DNA of 64,000 bases from Inquilinaceae bacterium (GTDB taxonomy: Bacteria > Pseudomonadota > Alphaproteobacteria > DSM-16000 > Inquilinaceae): the NCBI GenBank assembly GCA_052168355.1, contig JBQLZQ010000016.1, positions 10,534 to 74,533 of the forward strand, written 5' to 3'. The position numbers and the translations under genes were made by a program. The notes under the pieces were generated by a model. The model saw nothing but the letters and a program-made list of their open reading frames with translations, searched no databases and was not told the origin of the DNA. Shown here one piece after another: positions 49,777 to 59,686 of the stretch; position 1 is the stretch's first letter; each line of letters starts with the position of its first letter.

Positions 49777-50937
49777 TCAGCCCGTTGCCCAGTCCGCCAC
49801 GCGGTCGAGAAACGCCTGGCCCTGCGCCAACTGGTCCAGGGTGAGGAATTCGTTGGGCTGATGGGCCTGGGCGATATCGCCCGGTCCGATGATGATCGTG
49901 GGCAATCCGGCCCGCTGGAACAGTCCGGCCTCCGTCGCGAACGCCACCGTTGTCGCGCGGTTGGCGCCGGTCAGCTGTCGGGCGAACAGTTCCGCCGGCC
50001 CGTCCGGGTCGGGGGTCAGCGGCGGCACCGAGGCCAGAGTTTCGGTCTCGATAAGCCCGTCGGGCGTTTCGGCCCGCAGCCGGGGCAGCGCGTCCTCCGC
50101 GATGAACCCGGCATAGCGGTTGGCGATCGCTTGCGGATCGTCGCCCGGCACGGCCCGAAACTCCCATGAGAAGGCACAGCGGCGCGGAACGATGTTCAGC
50201 GCGGTGCCGCCCTCGATCAGGCCGACATTGAAGGTGGTCCACGGCGGATCGAAACCCTCGGCCATCGGCCGGCCACGGTGTTCCCGGGCCATCCGGTCGA
50301 TAAAGCCGATCAGCGCGGCGGCGTGCAGGATGGCGCTGGCGCCGTCGCCGGGCGCGCTGGAATGGGCGTCCTTGCCGGTCACCACGGTCCGAAATCCGTG
50401 CAGCCCCTTGTGGGCATTGACAGGGGCCATGGAGGTCGGTTCCCCCACCACGCACAGGCGCGGCCGGGGCAGATGGTCCTTCAGGTGGCGGATCAGGTGA
50501 GGCACGCCCAGGCACCCAATTTCCTCATCGTAGGAAAACGCCAGATGGATCGGCACGGAGAGGCGGCGGTTGAGCAGGTCGGGCACCAGGGCGAGCGTCA
50601 GCGCGACAAAGCCTTTCATGTCCGCGGTGCCGCGGCCGCACAGACGGTTGCCCCGGCGGGTCAGGACGAACGGGTCGCTGTCCCAGGACTGATCGGCGAC
50701 CGGCACCACGTCGGTATGGCCCGACAGCACGACGCCACCGGCCACCGGCGGCCCGATGGTCGCCAGCAGGTTGGCCTTGCCGCCGCCGGCGTCGGGCAGG
50801 ATCACCGGCTCCAGCCCGTGACCGCGCAGATAGGCGGCCACCCAGTCGATGAGCGCCCGATTCGGCCCGGCCGACACCGTATCGAAGGCAATCAGCCGTT
50901 CCAGGATCGCCAGGGCCTCGCCGGTGTCACGAGTCAC
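49777..50937 (-). CDS. argE: acetylornithine deacetylase (M20 peptidase family)
   Basis: The start is GTG. LSGHTDVVP, GRGTADMKG and SYDEEIG are M20/ArgE metal-binding motifs. Confidence 0.88.
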   Translation of the reverse strand: MTRDTGEALAILERLIAFDTVSAGPNRALIDWVAAYLRGHGLEPVILPDAGGGKANLLATIGPPVAGGVVLSGHTDVVPVADQSWDSDPFVLTRRGNRLCGRGTADMKGFVALTLALVPDLLNRRLSVPIHLAFSYDEEIGCLGVPHLIRHLKDHLPRPRLCVVGEPTSMAPVNAHKGLHGFRTVVTGKDAHSSAPGDGASAILHAAALIGFIDRMAREHRGRPMAEGFDPPWTTFNVGLIEGGTALNIVPRRCAFSWEFRAVPGDDPQAIANRYAGFIAEDALPRLRAETPDGLIETETLASVPPLTPDPDGPAELFARQLTGANRATTVAFATEAGLFQRAGLPTIIIGPGDIAQAHQPNEFLTLDQLAQGQAFLDRVADWATG

Positions 50938-50943
50938 TTGAGA

Positions 50944-52419
50944 TTACCGCTGCCAGAAGGCGGGGGTCAGCAGGATCAGCACGGTGAACAGCTCCAGGCG
51001 TCCCAGCAGCATGCCGAACGACAACAGCCACTTCGCGGTGTCGGGCAGGGGGGCGAAGGTGCCGGCCGGACCGATAATCGGGCCCAGACCCGGCCCGACA
51101 TTGGAGATGGCGGTCGCCGCTCCCGACACCGCGGTCAGGAAATCCAGCCCGATCAGGCCCAGGGCGAGGGCCAGAAATGCGAAGCAGACCATGTACATAA
51201 AGAAGAAGCTCATCACCGACTCGGAAATCGCGTCGGGGATCGGCTTACGGTTGTAGTAGGGAATGAAGACCCCGTGGGGGTGCAGCAGCTTGGCAAGCTG
51301 GGTCTTGGACGTGCTGTACAGCACCTGGAACCGGAATATCTTGATGCCGCAGGTGGTGGACCCGGCGCAGCCGCCGATGAACATCAAGAAAAAGAAGATG
51401 CCCAAGGCAAAGTTTCCCCATAGGCCGAAATCGTCGGTGGAGTAGCCGGTTCCCGTGATCACGGAGACGACATTGAAGGCGCTCAGGCGCAGGGCCGTGG
51501 TCAGAGACACGCCGCTGACCGTGGCCATGAGATACGCCGTCATGGTCAGGACGGCGGTGGCGATCACCGCCAGAAACCATCGCACCTGGGTGTCCTGAAA
51601 CACCGCCTGGGGCGTGCCGCGGACGGCGCGGAGGTAAAGCACGAACGGCAGGCCGCCCATGATCATGAAGCCGGTGGCGACATATTCCACCGCCGCGCTG
51701 TTGAACAATCCCACGGAACTGTCCGAGGTCGAGAATCCGCCGGTGGCGATCGTGGTCATGGCATGGGCGATGCCGTCGAACCAGGTCATGCCGGCTATGA
51801 CGTAGAAGATGGCGCACAGGATCGTCAGGATCAAATAGATCACGCCGATCGAACTGGCGATCTGAGCCGCGCGCGGCAGGACCTTTTCCGACGTGTCGGA
51901 GCTTTCCATGCGAAAAAGCTGCATGCCGCCGACCCGCAGCAGCGGCATGATCGACAGGGCCATGACGATGATGCCGATCCCGCCCAGCCACTGCAGCAGG
52001 GCCCGCCACAACAGCAGACCCGGCGCCATCAGGTCCAGTCCGGTCAGCACCGTCGATCCGGTGGTGGTAACGCCCGACATGCTTTCGAAAAACGCATCGG
52101 TGTAGGACAGGCCAAGGGTGGACAGGGCGAATGGCAGGGCGCCGAACGCCGCGATCACCACCCAGCTCAGCACCGTCAGCAGAAACGCCTGACGCGGCTT
52201 TAGATCGAACGTATTGCCCCGGCTTGTCAGATGCAGGGTGACGCCGATAAACAGGGTCACCGACGCCGACGTGACGAAGACCTGCCAGTCGGGGTTGCCG
52301 TTGGCCAGATCGACGATGGCCGGGATCATCATGGCCGCGGCCAGGATCGTCAGCAGGACACCGAGAACGAAGGCTATGGGGCGAAAATCCAGCACGTCCT
52401 GAAGCGGCGTTGCGGGCAA
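50944..52419 (-). CDS. trkH: TrkH-family potassium uptake protein
   Basis: Polytopic membrane protein with repeated pore-loop GxG-type motifs (VTTTGST, IATGGFS, ITGTGYS, ISNVGPG). The apparent start codon is TTG. Confidence 0.93.
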   Translation of the reverse strand: MPATPLQDVLDFRPIAFVLGVLLTILAAAMMIPAIVDLANGNPDWQVFVTSASVTLFIGVTLHLTSRGNTFDLKPRQAFLLTVLSWVVIAAFGALPFALSTLGLSYTDAFFESMSGVTTTGSTVLTGLDLMAPGLLLWRALLQWLGGIGIIVMALSIMPLLRVGGMQLFRMESSDTSEKVLPRAAQIASSIGVIYLILTILCAIFYVIAGMTWFDGIAHAMTTIATGGFSTSDSSVGLFNSAAVEYVATGFMIMGGLPFVLYLRAVRGTPQAVFQDTQVRWFLAVIATAVLTMTAYLMATVSGVSLTTALRLSAFNVVSVITGTGYSTDDFGLWGNFALGIFFFLMFIGGCAGSTTCGIKIFRFQVLYSTSKTQLAKLLHPHGVFIPYYNRKPIPDAISESVMSFFFMYMVCFAFLALALGLIGLDFLTAVSGAATAISNVGPGLGPIIGPAGTFAPLPDTAKWLLSFGMLLGRLELFTVLILLTPAFWQR

Positions 52420-52487
52420 GGAAAGGCGGCGATCATCGGCGCTAAGACCGCCCCGTGTCCAGCCCGCTGGTGGCCCGATTCAGACCA

Positions 52488-53162
52488 TTAGGGCCGGATA
52501 CCGGCCATTGCCTGGAACTCGCGGCGCAAGTCGATGTTCTTCTGGAATTCGCCGGTGACGCGGCTGGTGACCATCGACGCGCCGGGCTTGTGAACCCCGC
52601 GGGTCGTCATGCAGTGATGCTCCGACTCGAGAATCACCGCAACCCCGCGTGGCTGGAGCACCTGGTCTATGGTGTTGGCGATCTGCGCGGTCAGGCGCTC
52701 CTGAATCTGCAGCCGCCGTGCGAACGTTTCGATGACCCGCACCAGTTTGCTGATGCCGACGACGCGGTGGTTTGGAAGGTAGCCGACATGGGCCTTGCCG
52801 ATAATGGGCACCATATGGTGCTCGCAGTGCGACTCGAACCGGATGTCCCTCAGCACCACCATTTCGTCGTAGCCCTCGACCTCTTCAAAGGTGCGCTTCA
52901 AGATTTCGTCCGGATCCGCCTCGTATCCTGAAAAGAATTCCTCATAGGCCCGGGCAACGCGAGACGGCGTGGCGCGCAGGCCCTCGCGGTCGGGGTCCTC
53001 TCCCGCCCAGCGGATCAGCGTCCGCACCGCCGCCTCAGCCTCTTCCCGGCTGGGTTTGGACGGGATGCCCCCTCCACTGCCGGCTTGCGCCCCTGCCTTC
53101 GCCTTTGTCGAAACGGGGGTCACCACCGTGCCACGGTGAACCATCCGACCATCCTCTTTCAT
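52488..53162 (-). CDS. folE: GTP cyclohydrolase I
   Basis: [22 protein letters not shown] and [12 protein letters not shown] are FolE active-site motifs. The alternative ATG at 53144 has the better Shine-Dalgarno (AAGAGGA). Confidence 0.95.
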   Translation of the reverse strand: MKEDGRMVHRGTVVTPVSTKAKAGAQAGSGGGIPSKPSREEAEAAVRTLIRWAGEDPDREGLRATPSRVARAYEEFFSGYEADPDEILKRTFEEVEGYDEMVVLRDIRFESHCEHHMVPIIGKAHVGYLPNHRVVGISKLVRVIETFARRLQIQERLTAQIANTIDQVLQPRGVAVILESEHHCMTTRGVHKPGASMVTSRVTGEFQKNIDLRREFQAMAGIRP

Positions 53163-53294
53163 GTCTTCACAGACTTTTCAGTATGGGGACACCGTCCCTA
53201 ACCCGCCTAACGAAAGGCCAGAGTTGGCCCGCGGCGCGCCAAAATCAAGCGCCGTCACACCCGAACGGGTGTTGCCATGGGCGCCAATTTGACG

Positions 53295-53756
53295 TCAGTG
53301 GAGTTGAATTGCCTGGTGTGGGCTGTCGAGCGAAAAGGCCGGCACGGCGACGGAAAACCGCTCACCCTGAGCGGTTTCCATCTCATAGCTGCCGACCATG
53401 ATCCCTGAGGGCGTCGCCAGGGGCGTGCCGCTGGTATATTCGAAGCTCTCCCCGGGGTTGAGAACGGGTTCTACCCCCACCACTCCGGCACCACGAACTT
53501 CGTGTATCCGGCCGGAGCCATCGGTGATCTGCCAATGCCGGTTGCGGAGCTGAACGGTATCAAGACCGTTGTTTTGGATGCGCACATGGTACGCCCAAAC
53601 ATAATGACCCTCCGTCGGAGAGGATTCCTCCTCGAGATACATCGGTTCCACCGAGACCATGATGGCCCGGGTTTCTTCCGAATAAGGGGCTGCCGCGGCG
53701 GAAACGTGACTGGTGCCTTGGCGTGCAGACCCGGCTTTCGTGCTCATGAATTTCAT
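53295..53756 (-). CDS. apaG: ApaG protein
   Basis: YVWAYHVRIQNNGLDTVQLRNRHWQITDGSG...GVVGVEPVLNPGESFEYTS is canonical ApaG. The start is chosen at ATG 53756, and the ORF is open to TTG 53768. Confidence 0.9.
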   Translation of the reverse strand: MKFMSTKAGSARQGTSHVSAAAAPYSEETRAIMVSVEPMYLEEESSPTEGHYVWAYHVRIQNNGLDTVQLRNRHWQITDGSGRIHEVRGAGVVGVEPVLNPGESFEYTSGTPLATPSGIMVGSYEMETAQGERFSVAVPAFSLDSPHQAIQLH

Positions 53757-53885
53757 CAGCCTCACCAACTGTCCTTAGCCTTAGTATAGGTCACCGGCCA
53801 ATGGTATCCAGTCCGGCTGAATGGCAATCGGGGCCGGGTGCATGTTCCGCACCCGGCCCCTTTGCCGTTCCGTCAGGTGACCCGC

Positions 53886-54710
53886 TTACTGGAAGCGGAT
53901 CTCGGCCCGGCGGTTGGAGGGCTCACGCACGCCATCCGGGGTTTCAACCAGCGGCTGGCGTTCACCAACGGCGTCGGTCTCAATCCGCGAGGCTTCGATG
54001 CCACCGGCAATCAGCGCCTGCTCGACCGCCGCGGCGCGCCGTGCCGACAGGGCCAGGTTGTAGCTGTCCGGGCCCGAAAGATCGGTGTGGCCGACGACAG
54101 CGATGGTCGCACCCGCCATGTCGCGATAATCGGCAATAACCGTATCGATGATCTGCTGCCCGGCGGCGGTGATGACGGCGCGGTCGAAGTCGAAGAACAC
54201 GAAATAGACGGCTGCCGCGTCGCCCAGGGGCTCGGCCTGCATCCGGTCCATGGCGGCAAAGAACTCATCACGGCAGGCCGCGATGTGGTCCGGCTGAATG
54301 TTTTCTTCCTGCTGCTCGACCCAGCAATCGAACTTGCTCTGGGCGATGGCCGCATCAACCGCTTGTTCCTGGCGGGCTCCACCGTCGAGCGCCGATACCA
54401 AGCTGGCGCGGGCCGCGCTGAGCTCGGCCACGGAGAAATCGGGAAGATTCCAGTCGGCCAGTGTAGCGGGTGCCACCGCTTCGCCACGGGAAGCCGCAAG
54501 GCCCTTCTGGGCGAAGTATTCGGCATCGGCCCAATCGGCCATCTGATTGGCCTCGAAATTGGCCAGGTCACGGTATTCCATGGCGAGCTGCTGGTCGAAC
54601 TGGCTGCCAGCGAAATCGCCAGTGTTGTTCAACCGCTGCACGTCCGTGCCGACGCAGCCGGATAGCACTGCTGCTCCAACGGCAAGGCCCAGAAAACTCT
54701 TCGTATTCAT
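53886..54710 (-). CDS. OmpA-family lipoprotein
   Basis: AAGGAGA Shine-Dalgarno and the lipobox LSGC are present. The C-terminal OmpA-like domain reads VVGHTDLSGPDSYNLALSARRAAAV...NRRAEIRF. Confidence 0.88.
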   Translation of the reverse strand: MNTKSFLGLAVGAAVLSGCVGTDVQRLNNTGDFAGSQFDQQLAMEYRDLANFEANQMADWADAEYFAQKGLAASRGEAVAPATLADWNLPDFSVAELSAARASLVSALDGGARQEQAVDAAIAQSKFDCWVEQQEENIQPDHIAACRDEFFAAMDRMQAEPLGDAAAVYFVFFDFDRAVITAAGQQIIDTVIADYRDMAGATIAVVGHTDLSGPDSYNLALSARRAAAVEQALIAGGIEASRIETDAVGERQPLVETPDGVREPSNRRAEIRFQ

Positions 54711-55121
54711 TACGTCATTCTCCTTCAGATTCCCTTGGAGTCAAAACTCCACGGCGTGCTTTCGTTGCTGCGATATGCAGGACCCCATCGACCCCAACCG
54801 GGCGAGGATAAGTCTTCTCCAAGGCGTCCTCTATACGTAGCCCCGGTCACTTATACCAGACCCAACGTCGAATTGAAGGTCTCGTTCCGAAAACAACAAT
54901 GAGGCGGCAAGAGAATATGATTTAATAGGCCGCATCGAAAGCTCCTCCAGGACAGGGAATAGCGGCTATCCCCTTGACTTGCAAGATAATTACTTGTCCC
55001 GTTCGTTGATTGTTCTCAGGTGAGTCGACGGGGCGTGGAGAGTGCAGAAATTAGGCGCGGTGCCGACGATAATGGCGTTTTGCCGCAATAACCACGCGAT
55101 CGGCTGCCGATTCGGTGGTGC

Positions 55122-56624
55122 ATGCTGAGGCTGCGCTATCTCCTTTCCATGCTCAGCGTGATGGTCGTCGATGTGGTCATTACGCTGGCCTATGCCCTGT
55201 TGTCGGGCCATCCCGAGGTGATTCCGGTGGCCGCGGTGGCCAATGTCGCGATCCTGGGTGGCGTCAACGCGATCGGCGCCGTGGTGCTGTTTCGGCGGAT
55301 CGGTGCGTATCTCGACGGCAAGGCGCCGATCGCCTCGTGCCAGGACGACATCCTCTCGCTGCCCCGACGATCGACGGTCTGGACATTGATCGTGGCCCTT
55401 CTTTATGGGGGGCTCGTTTTCTCATTGGGTGTGTTCGCCCCGGCCGGGATCGCCGATTCGACGTCTCCCTTGATCCTAGGCTTCATGGTGGTGTGGTTCA
55501 TCTTCGTCTACGCCACCTATATGTGTTTCGTCGTCTACTTCGCCGTCACGGACCTGACCGCCGACCTGCGGGCCGAGGTGTTCCTGCGGGACGGGCAGAT
55601 GCTCAAGCGCAGGCCGGGCCGATTGCGCACCCGGTTGATCATCGTGTTTTCCGTGGTCACCGTCCTGCCCGTCCTTCTGGTTTATTTCGACATCGCGGTG
55701 TTTCTGGAGGTGCGTCTGCAACAAGGGCTGTCGGTGGAAAAGGTCGTCATGCTCGATCTTTTCGGGGCTCTGTTCGCCGCCGCCCTGTCCCTGATCTTCG
55801 TCACCCGCGGCGTGGCGCGCCCGATCGCCCGGCTGGTCGCCGCCGTTAGACGGCTGCAGGTGGGGGACCTGCAGGCCCGTGTTCCCATCACCACCGACGA
55901 CGAACTCGGCGTGCTTTCGGCCAGCTACAACCGCATGGTGGTCGGGCTCGAGGAACGCGAACTGGTGCGTGAGGCATTTGGTAAATATGTCAGCGCCGAC
56001 GTCGCGGAGGTGATCCTGGCCGGCCGCCGCAGCGGCCGCTTGGATGGCCAGGTCCGCGTCGCAACCGTCCTGTTCACGGATATCGAAAACTTTTCCGAAC
56101 TGGCGCGCCGGATGGCGCCGGCCGCCGTTCTGGAATTGATGAACGACTATCTGACCCTGATCGCCGGTCCCATTCAGGCCAATGGCGGCGTCATCAACAA
56201 CTTTATCGGCGATTCGGTGCTGGCCACCTTCAACGTGCCGCTGGACGACCCCGACCATGCGCCGGCCGCGCTGCGCAGCGCGCTGGCCATTCAGGATCTC
56301 CTGGAGCGGACGACATTCGCCGACGGGTTGAAGCTCAGAACGCGTATCGGCATCAATACCGGGGAAATCGTGTCCGGATCGGTCGGTCCGCCAAACCGGC
56401 TTGCCTTTACCGTCATCGGGGCGAACGTCAACCTGGCATCGCGCATCGAGGGGCTGAACAAGCACTATGGGACGCGAATCCTGGTGGGGGCGGCGACCCG
56501 AGAGGCGTGCCTCGGGTCCTTTGCGTTCCGGTCGATCGGCCGGGTCGACGTCAAGGGAGAACGATCGGCGGTCGAGATCTACGAGCTTCTTGGAGAGGTC
56601 GAACCACCCGCCGGCTGCGCTTGA
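55122..56624 (+). CDS. membrane-bound adenylate/guanylate cyclase with HAMP domain
   Basis: A multi-TM N-terminus and a HAMP domain are present (PIARLVAAVRRLQVGDLQARV...DELGVLSASYNRM). A class III cyclase domain follows (ATVLFTDIENFSEL...NFIGDSVLATFN). Confidence 0.9.
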   Translation: MLRLRYLLSMLSVMVVDVVITLAYALLSGHPEVIPVAAVANVAILGGVNAIGAVVLFRRIGAYLDGKAPIASCQDDILSLPRRSTVWTLIVALLYGGLVFSLGVFAPAGIADSTSPLILGFMVVWFIFVYATYMCFVVYFAVTDLTADLRAEVFLRDGQMLKRRPGRLRTRLIIVFSVVTVLPVLLVYFDIAVFLEVRLQQGLSVEKVVMLDLFGALFAAALSLIFVTRGVARPIARLVAAVRRLQVGDLQARVPITTDDELGVLSASYNRMVVGLEERELVREAFGKYVSADVAEVILAGRRSGRLDGQVRVATVLFTDIENFSELARRMAPAAVLELMNDYLTLIAGPIQANGGVINNFIGDSVLATFNVPLDDPDHAPAALRSALAIQDLLERTTFADGLKLRTRIGINTGEIVSGSVGPPNRLAFTVIGANVNLASRIEGLNKHYGTRILVGAATREACLGSFAFRSIGRVDVKGERSAVEIYELLGEVEPPAGCA

Positions 56625-56662
56625 ACGGGGTGGGGACCGGCCCTATAAAGAGCGTGGCCTAA

Positions 56663-56736
56663 GCGGGCGTAGCTCAATGGTAGAGCAGAAGCTTCCCAAG
56701 CTTACGACGAGGGTTCGATTCCCTTCGCCCGCTCCA
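56663..56736 (+). tRNA. tRNA-Gly (anticodon CCC)
   Basis: GCGGGCG/CGCCCGC acceptor stem, anticodon loop TTCCCAA, T arm GAGGG-TTCGATT-CCCTT, and an encoded CCA followed by a T8 run. It is near-identical in outline to E. coli glyU. Confidence 0.95.
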
Positions 56737-56782
56737 TCCCCATTTTTTTTGAGGTAAACGCCGCCACGGCGCAGGCGGGGCC

Positions 56783-57790
56783 TCACCCTTCGAGGTTTTG
56801 ACAATAGTCGGCCAGCGGTTGGCTGGCGCCCGCGGGCGATAGGGTCCCGGTCCCGGGATCCGCCATCCACGTGTCCAAGGTCCGCCACACCGGCTCCCGT
56901 TCCGTCCAATGCAGGAGGAGATGAGGCCCGCCGCGATAGACCCGGCCGGTCGCGGTCCCGGAAAATCGCTCCCCCAGGGCGCAGATCGATACCGGCGCTA
57001 TGGTGCCGTCGTCGGAGCCGAACAGCAGCAGGGTGGGGGTTTCGACGGCATCCGGCGCCGCCGAGGCCCGGTCGGCAAGGCGGATCAACCCCCAATAGGT
57101 GTCCACCCGTACCTTGCGCACGACCAAAGGATCGGTGGCCAGACGGTCCGCCGTCTGGCGGGACAGGTCTGGGTGGTGGTCCCGGTCCAGCGTGCGGCTG
57201 GCCCAGGGAACGGTGTGGGCCCCGGTCCACAGCAGCACGTCCCACCCCGCGCGGAAGGGGACATCCTCGCGGACGCCCGGGGCCGCCAGGATCAATCCGT
57301 CGGCCGCCGGTGGGTTCGGGCCGGCCATGGCCGCCAGAATGACCGCGCCGCCCATGCTTTCCCCCAGCAGGAACAGGGGGAGGCCGCTGTTGTCGGGATC
57401 GGCCCGAACCGCCTGGACGGCATCGCCGAGATCGCCGACCAGCGTATCGGCGCCGGCCCAAAGGCCTGGATGGGGGGCCGCGCCAAAGCCACGCTGGTCA
57501 TAGGCGTAAACGGCCACGCCGCGGTCGGCGAGCCAGGGCCCAAGCTGTCCGAAAGACCGGTGAAAGTCGCCAAAACTGTGAAGCGCGACCATGGTCGCGC
57601 GCCGCGGCCCTTCCGGCACCCAGCGCGCGGCGGGCAGGCTTGCGCCGTCTCGGGCAACCAGGCGATCGCCGGAGAAGATGGGCGCCTGGACGGCTGGGCC
57701 CGCCGGTTTCACGGTCGGCGCGCATCCGGCCATGACCAACGTCAGTCCAGCCAAGGCAGCCATGCGCACCGTTCTCACCATGTCGACCAT
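56783..57790 (-). CDS. alpha/beta hydrolase, lysophospholipase/monoglyceride-lipase-like, lipoprotein signal
   Basis: The signal peptide and lipobox read LTLVMAGC. ALHSFGD and the GxSxG elbow LLGESMGGAV are present. Confidence 0.85.
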   Translation of the reverse strand: MVDMVRTVRMAALAGLTLVMAGCAPTVKPAGPAVQAPIFSGDRLVARDGASLPAARWVPEGPRRATMVALHSFGDFHRSFGQLGPWLADRGVAVYAYDQRGFGAAPHPGLWAGADTLVGDLGDAVQAVRADPDNSGLPLFLLGESMGGAVILAAMAGPNPPAADGLILAAPGVREDVPFRAGWDVLLWTGAHTVPWASRTLDRDHHPDLSRQTADRLATDPLVVRKVRVDTYWGLIRLADRASAAPDAVETPTLLLFGSDDGTIAPVSICALGERFSGTATGRVYRGGPHLLLHWTEREPVWRTLDTWMADPGTGTLSPAGASQPLADYCQNLEG

Positions 57791-57975
57791 GCTTCACCCG
57801 TCTACGTCGAAAGCAAGTTGTTAGACCTAACTCGGCGCCGGCATTTGGAAAGCGCCCGAACCTTGGTGAATCGTGTCCACGCATGATCGTGATCGTGGTG
57901 AGCCGGATGCCGACCGTTCCAAACCCACCGCGCAACCGCTGCGACACGGCGCGTCGTCCGGGCCGATTTGGGCGA

Positions 57976-58179
57976 ATGCCGGTTGACTTTAACCTCTTAA
58001 AACGCCACCTATTCGTCACCCGGAAAGAAATCCGAGGCTGGTGCGACACGCACCTTGATGGCCGGCGCGGATCTGCGCGACTGGTCTCTCATATCGCGTA
58101 TGCAGAACGAACGGCTCGTGCGATCGGGCCGGTGGATTGGTTTGGTCTGATCGCGGAGCTTGAAACGAAGGGCCGTTAG
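57976..58179 (+). CDS. possible small hypothetical protein (weak call)
   Basis: A 67-codon frame (MPVDFNLLKRHLFVTRKEIRGW...) lies in a compositionally atypical 450-nt gap. Rare codons for this genome (tta, cta, tct, ctt) are used. No Shine-Dalgarno is visible. Confidence 0.25.
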   Translation: MPVDFNLLKRHLFVTRKEIRGWCDTHLDGRRGSARLVSHIAYAERTARAIGPVDWFGLIAELETKGR

Positions 58180-58238
58180 CCTGTGCCAAAGGCCGGCCGC
58201 GATCGACGACGCCGCAATTGCGGACAACAGTAAGGAGA

Positions 58239-58814
58239 ATGGACTTGGACGAAAACAGCCTCGCCGGACAGAATATCGCCATCCTTGTTGCCAATGGTTT
58301 CGAAGAAATCGAGATGACGGAGCCGCAGCGCGCGTTGATCGCCGCGGGCGCCACCGTCAAGATCGTGTCGGCGGAACAGGCCTTAGTAAATGGTTGGCAC
58401 GGCGATGGCTGGGGCCATTACTTCCCGGTCGACGTGCCGCTGTCGAACGCCTTGGCGGCGGATTTCGACGCCCTTCTGGTTCCCGGCGGCCGGCGCAGCA
58501 TCGAGAAAATGGCGGGGTTGCCCCACGCCCATCGCATCATCAAGGGATTTGTGGACGCCGACAAGCCGGTGGCCTTGTTGAGCGAGGCGCCGACCCTGCT
58601 TATCGCGGCGGATCGCGCCAGCGGCCGGACGGTCGCCGTTTCCCAGGATCTCAGCCCGTTGCTGACCCAGGCCGGAGCGATCGTCGGCGAAGAGCCGGTG
58701 GCGATCGACGGCCGTCTGCTGACCGTGTCCGCCGACGCCAGCGACGGTGTCGTCCGCAACGCCGTCCTCAAGCTGTTCTCCGGCAACGCCGCCGACCTGG
58801 CCGCCGCCGCCTGA
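58239..58814 (+). CDS. DJ-1/PfpI-family protein (type 1 glutamine-amidotransferase-like fold)
   Basis: NIAILVANGFEEIEMTEP...FDALLVPGG...KPVALLSEAPTLL is the DJ-1/PfpI pattern. ATG at 58239 follows AAGGAG very closely. TTG at 58218 is an alternative start. Confidence 0.8.
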   Translation: MDLDENSLAGQNIAILVANGFEEIEMTEPQRALIAAGATVKIVSAEQALVNGWHGDGWGHYFPVDVPLSNALAADFDALLVPGGRRSIEKMAGLPHAHRIIKGFVDADKPVALLSEAPTLLIAADRASGRTVAVSQDLSPLLTQAGAIVGEEPVAIDGRLLTVSADASDGVVRNAVLKLFSGNAADLAAAA

Positions 58815-58834
58815 TCGGCACGGCTGGAACCATC

Positions 58835-58867
58835 AAAAGCCGGCCTCGTTTTTGAGGCCGGCTTTTT
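58835..58867. terminator. bidirectional intrinsic terminator
   Basis: AAAA-GCCGGCCTC-gttttt-GAGGCCGGC-TTTTT has a perfect 9-bp GC-rich stem flanked by an A-tract and a T-tract. It lies between two convergent genes. Confidence 0.75.
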
Positions 58868-58877
58868 GACGCCCGTC

Positions 58878-59456
58878 TCAAGGGGCGGGAATGTGGCACC
58901 GGGGTACCGTTTCGGCGCCAGGGGTGCCAAGGATGCTGACACCGACCACGCTACAGATGCGATCGGCGGAACAATCGCCTGTCCCGAGAACCGGACCGAC
59001 ATCGGCAAAGGCGCACGAATTCGCCGTTTCGACGCTAAATGACCGAACGGGACTTTCCGCGACCCCTCCGGCCTCTCCATATTCGATAAACCACTGATAG
59101 AAAACCGTATCCCCGACAGAGAGGACGGGTTGCCCGGCCTCGATGGCCGTTGGGGCCACGACCCCGGAGCAGGACCTCACCGAGCCTTGAGCCGTGCATG
59201 TCGGTTCGATATCCACGGCGTCCGGGGAGCGCAACTCACCCTCGGAAGATGCCCGCCGCAGGGAGATCCGGGCGTCCGGAAAGACCGTAACATTGGCGCT
59301 GGCGGCGGTTCCCTTGAAGTCGAGGTCGTTTTTCGAGCCCGTTGGGCCGTCGACGGCCGTGAAGGACGGCTCCGCCTCGCTAAGAAGCTCGGCCGCCTCG
59401 CACCCGATGAGAACCGGAAGTAAAGCCAAGAATATTGGAAAATATCGGTGAGTCAT
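58878..59456 (-). CDS. hypothetical Cys-rich lipoprotein
   Basis: ATG at 59456 is followed by a signal peptide and lipobox (LALLPVLIGC). Seven further Cys residues occur in the mature part. I recognised no family. Confidence 0.6.
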   Translation of the reverse strand: MTHRYFPIFLALLPVLIGCEAAELLSEAEPSFTAVDGPTGSKNDLDFKGTAASANVTVFPDARISLRRASSEGELRSPDAVDIEPTCTAQGSVRSCSGVVAPTAIEAGQPVLSVGDTVFYQWFIEYGEAGGVAESPVRSFSVETANSCAFADVGPVLGTGDCSADRICSVVGVSILGTPGAETVPRCHIPAP

Positions 59457-59686
59457 TATGTCGTTCCCTCCATTTTTTGGGTTGAGTAACGCCAAAAAGA
59501 GGGCGGATCGGCAGATCCGGTAGGGTGGGTCCTGTCCCGTTTACAAGGGCCATCCCCTTTACGCGGCGATCTGGTCCGCATCTTCCGGCTGGACCGCCGA
59601 TCCACCTTGCAGTGATTTAGGATAACCTGATTTCGTCGGCCGTAGAAAGCCCGCTGCCGTGGATGCTTCCGCGCAATCGCGTGCGG

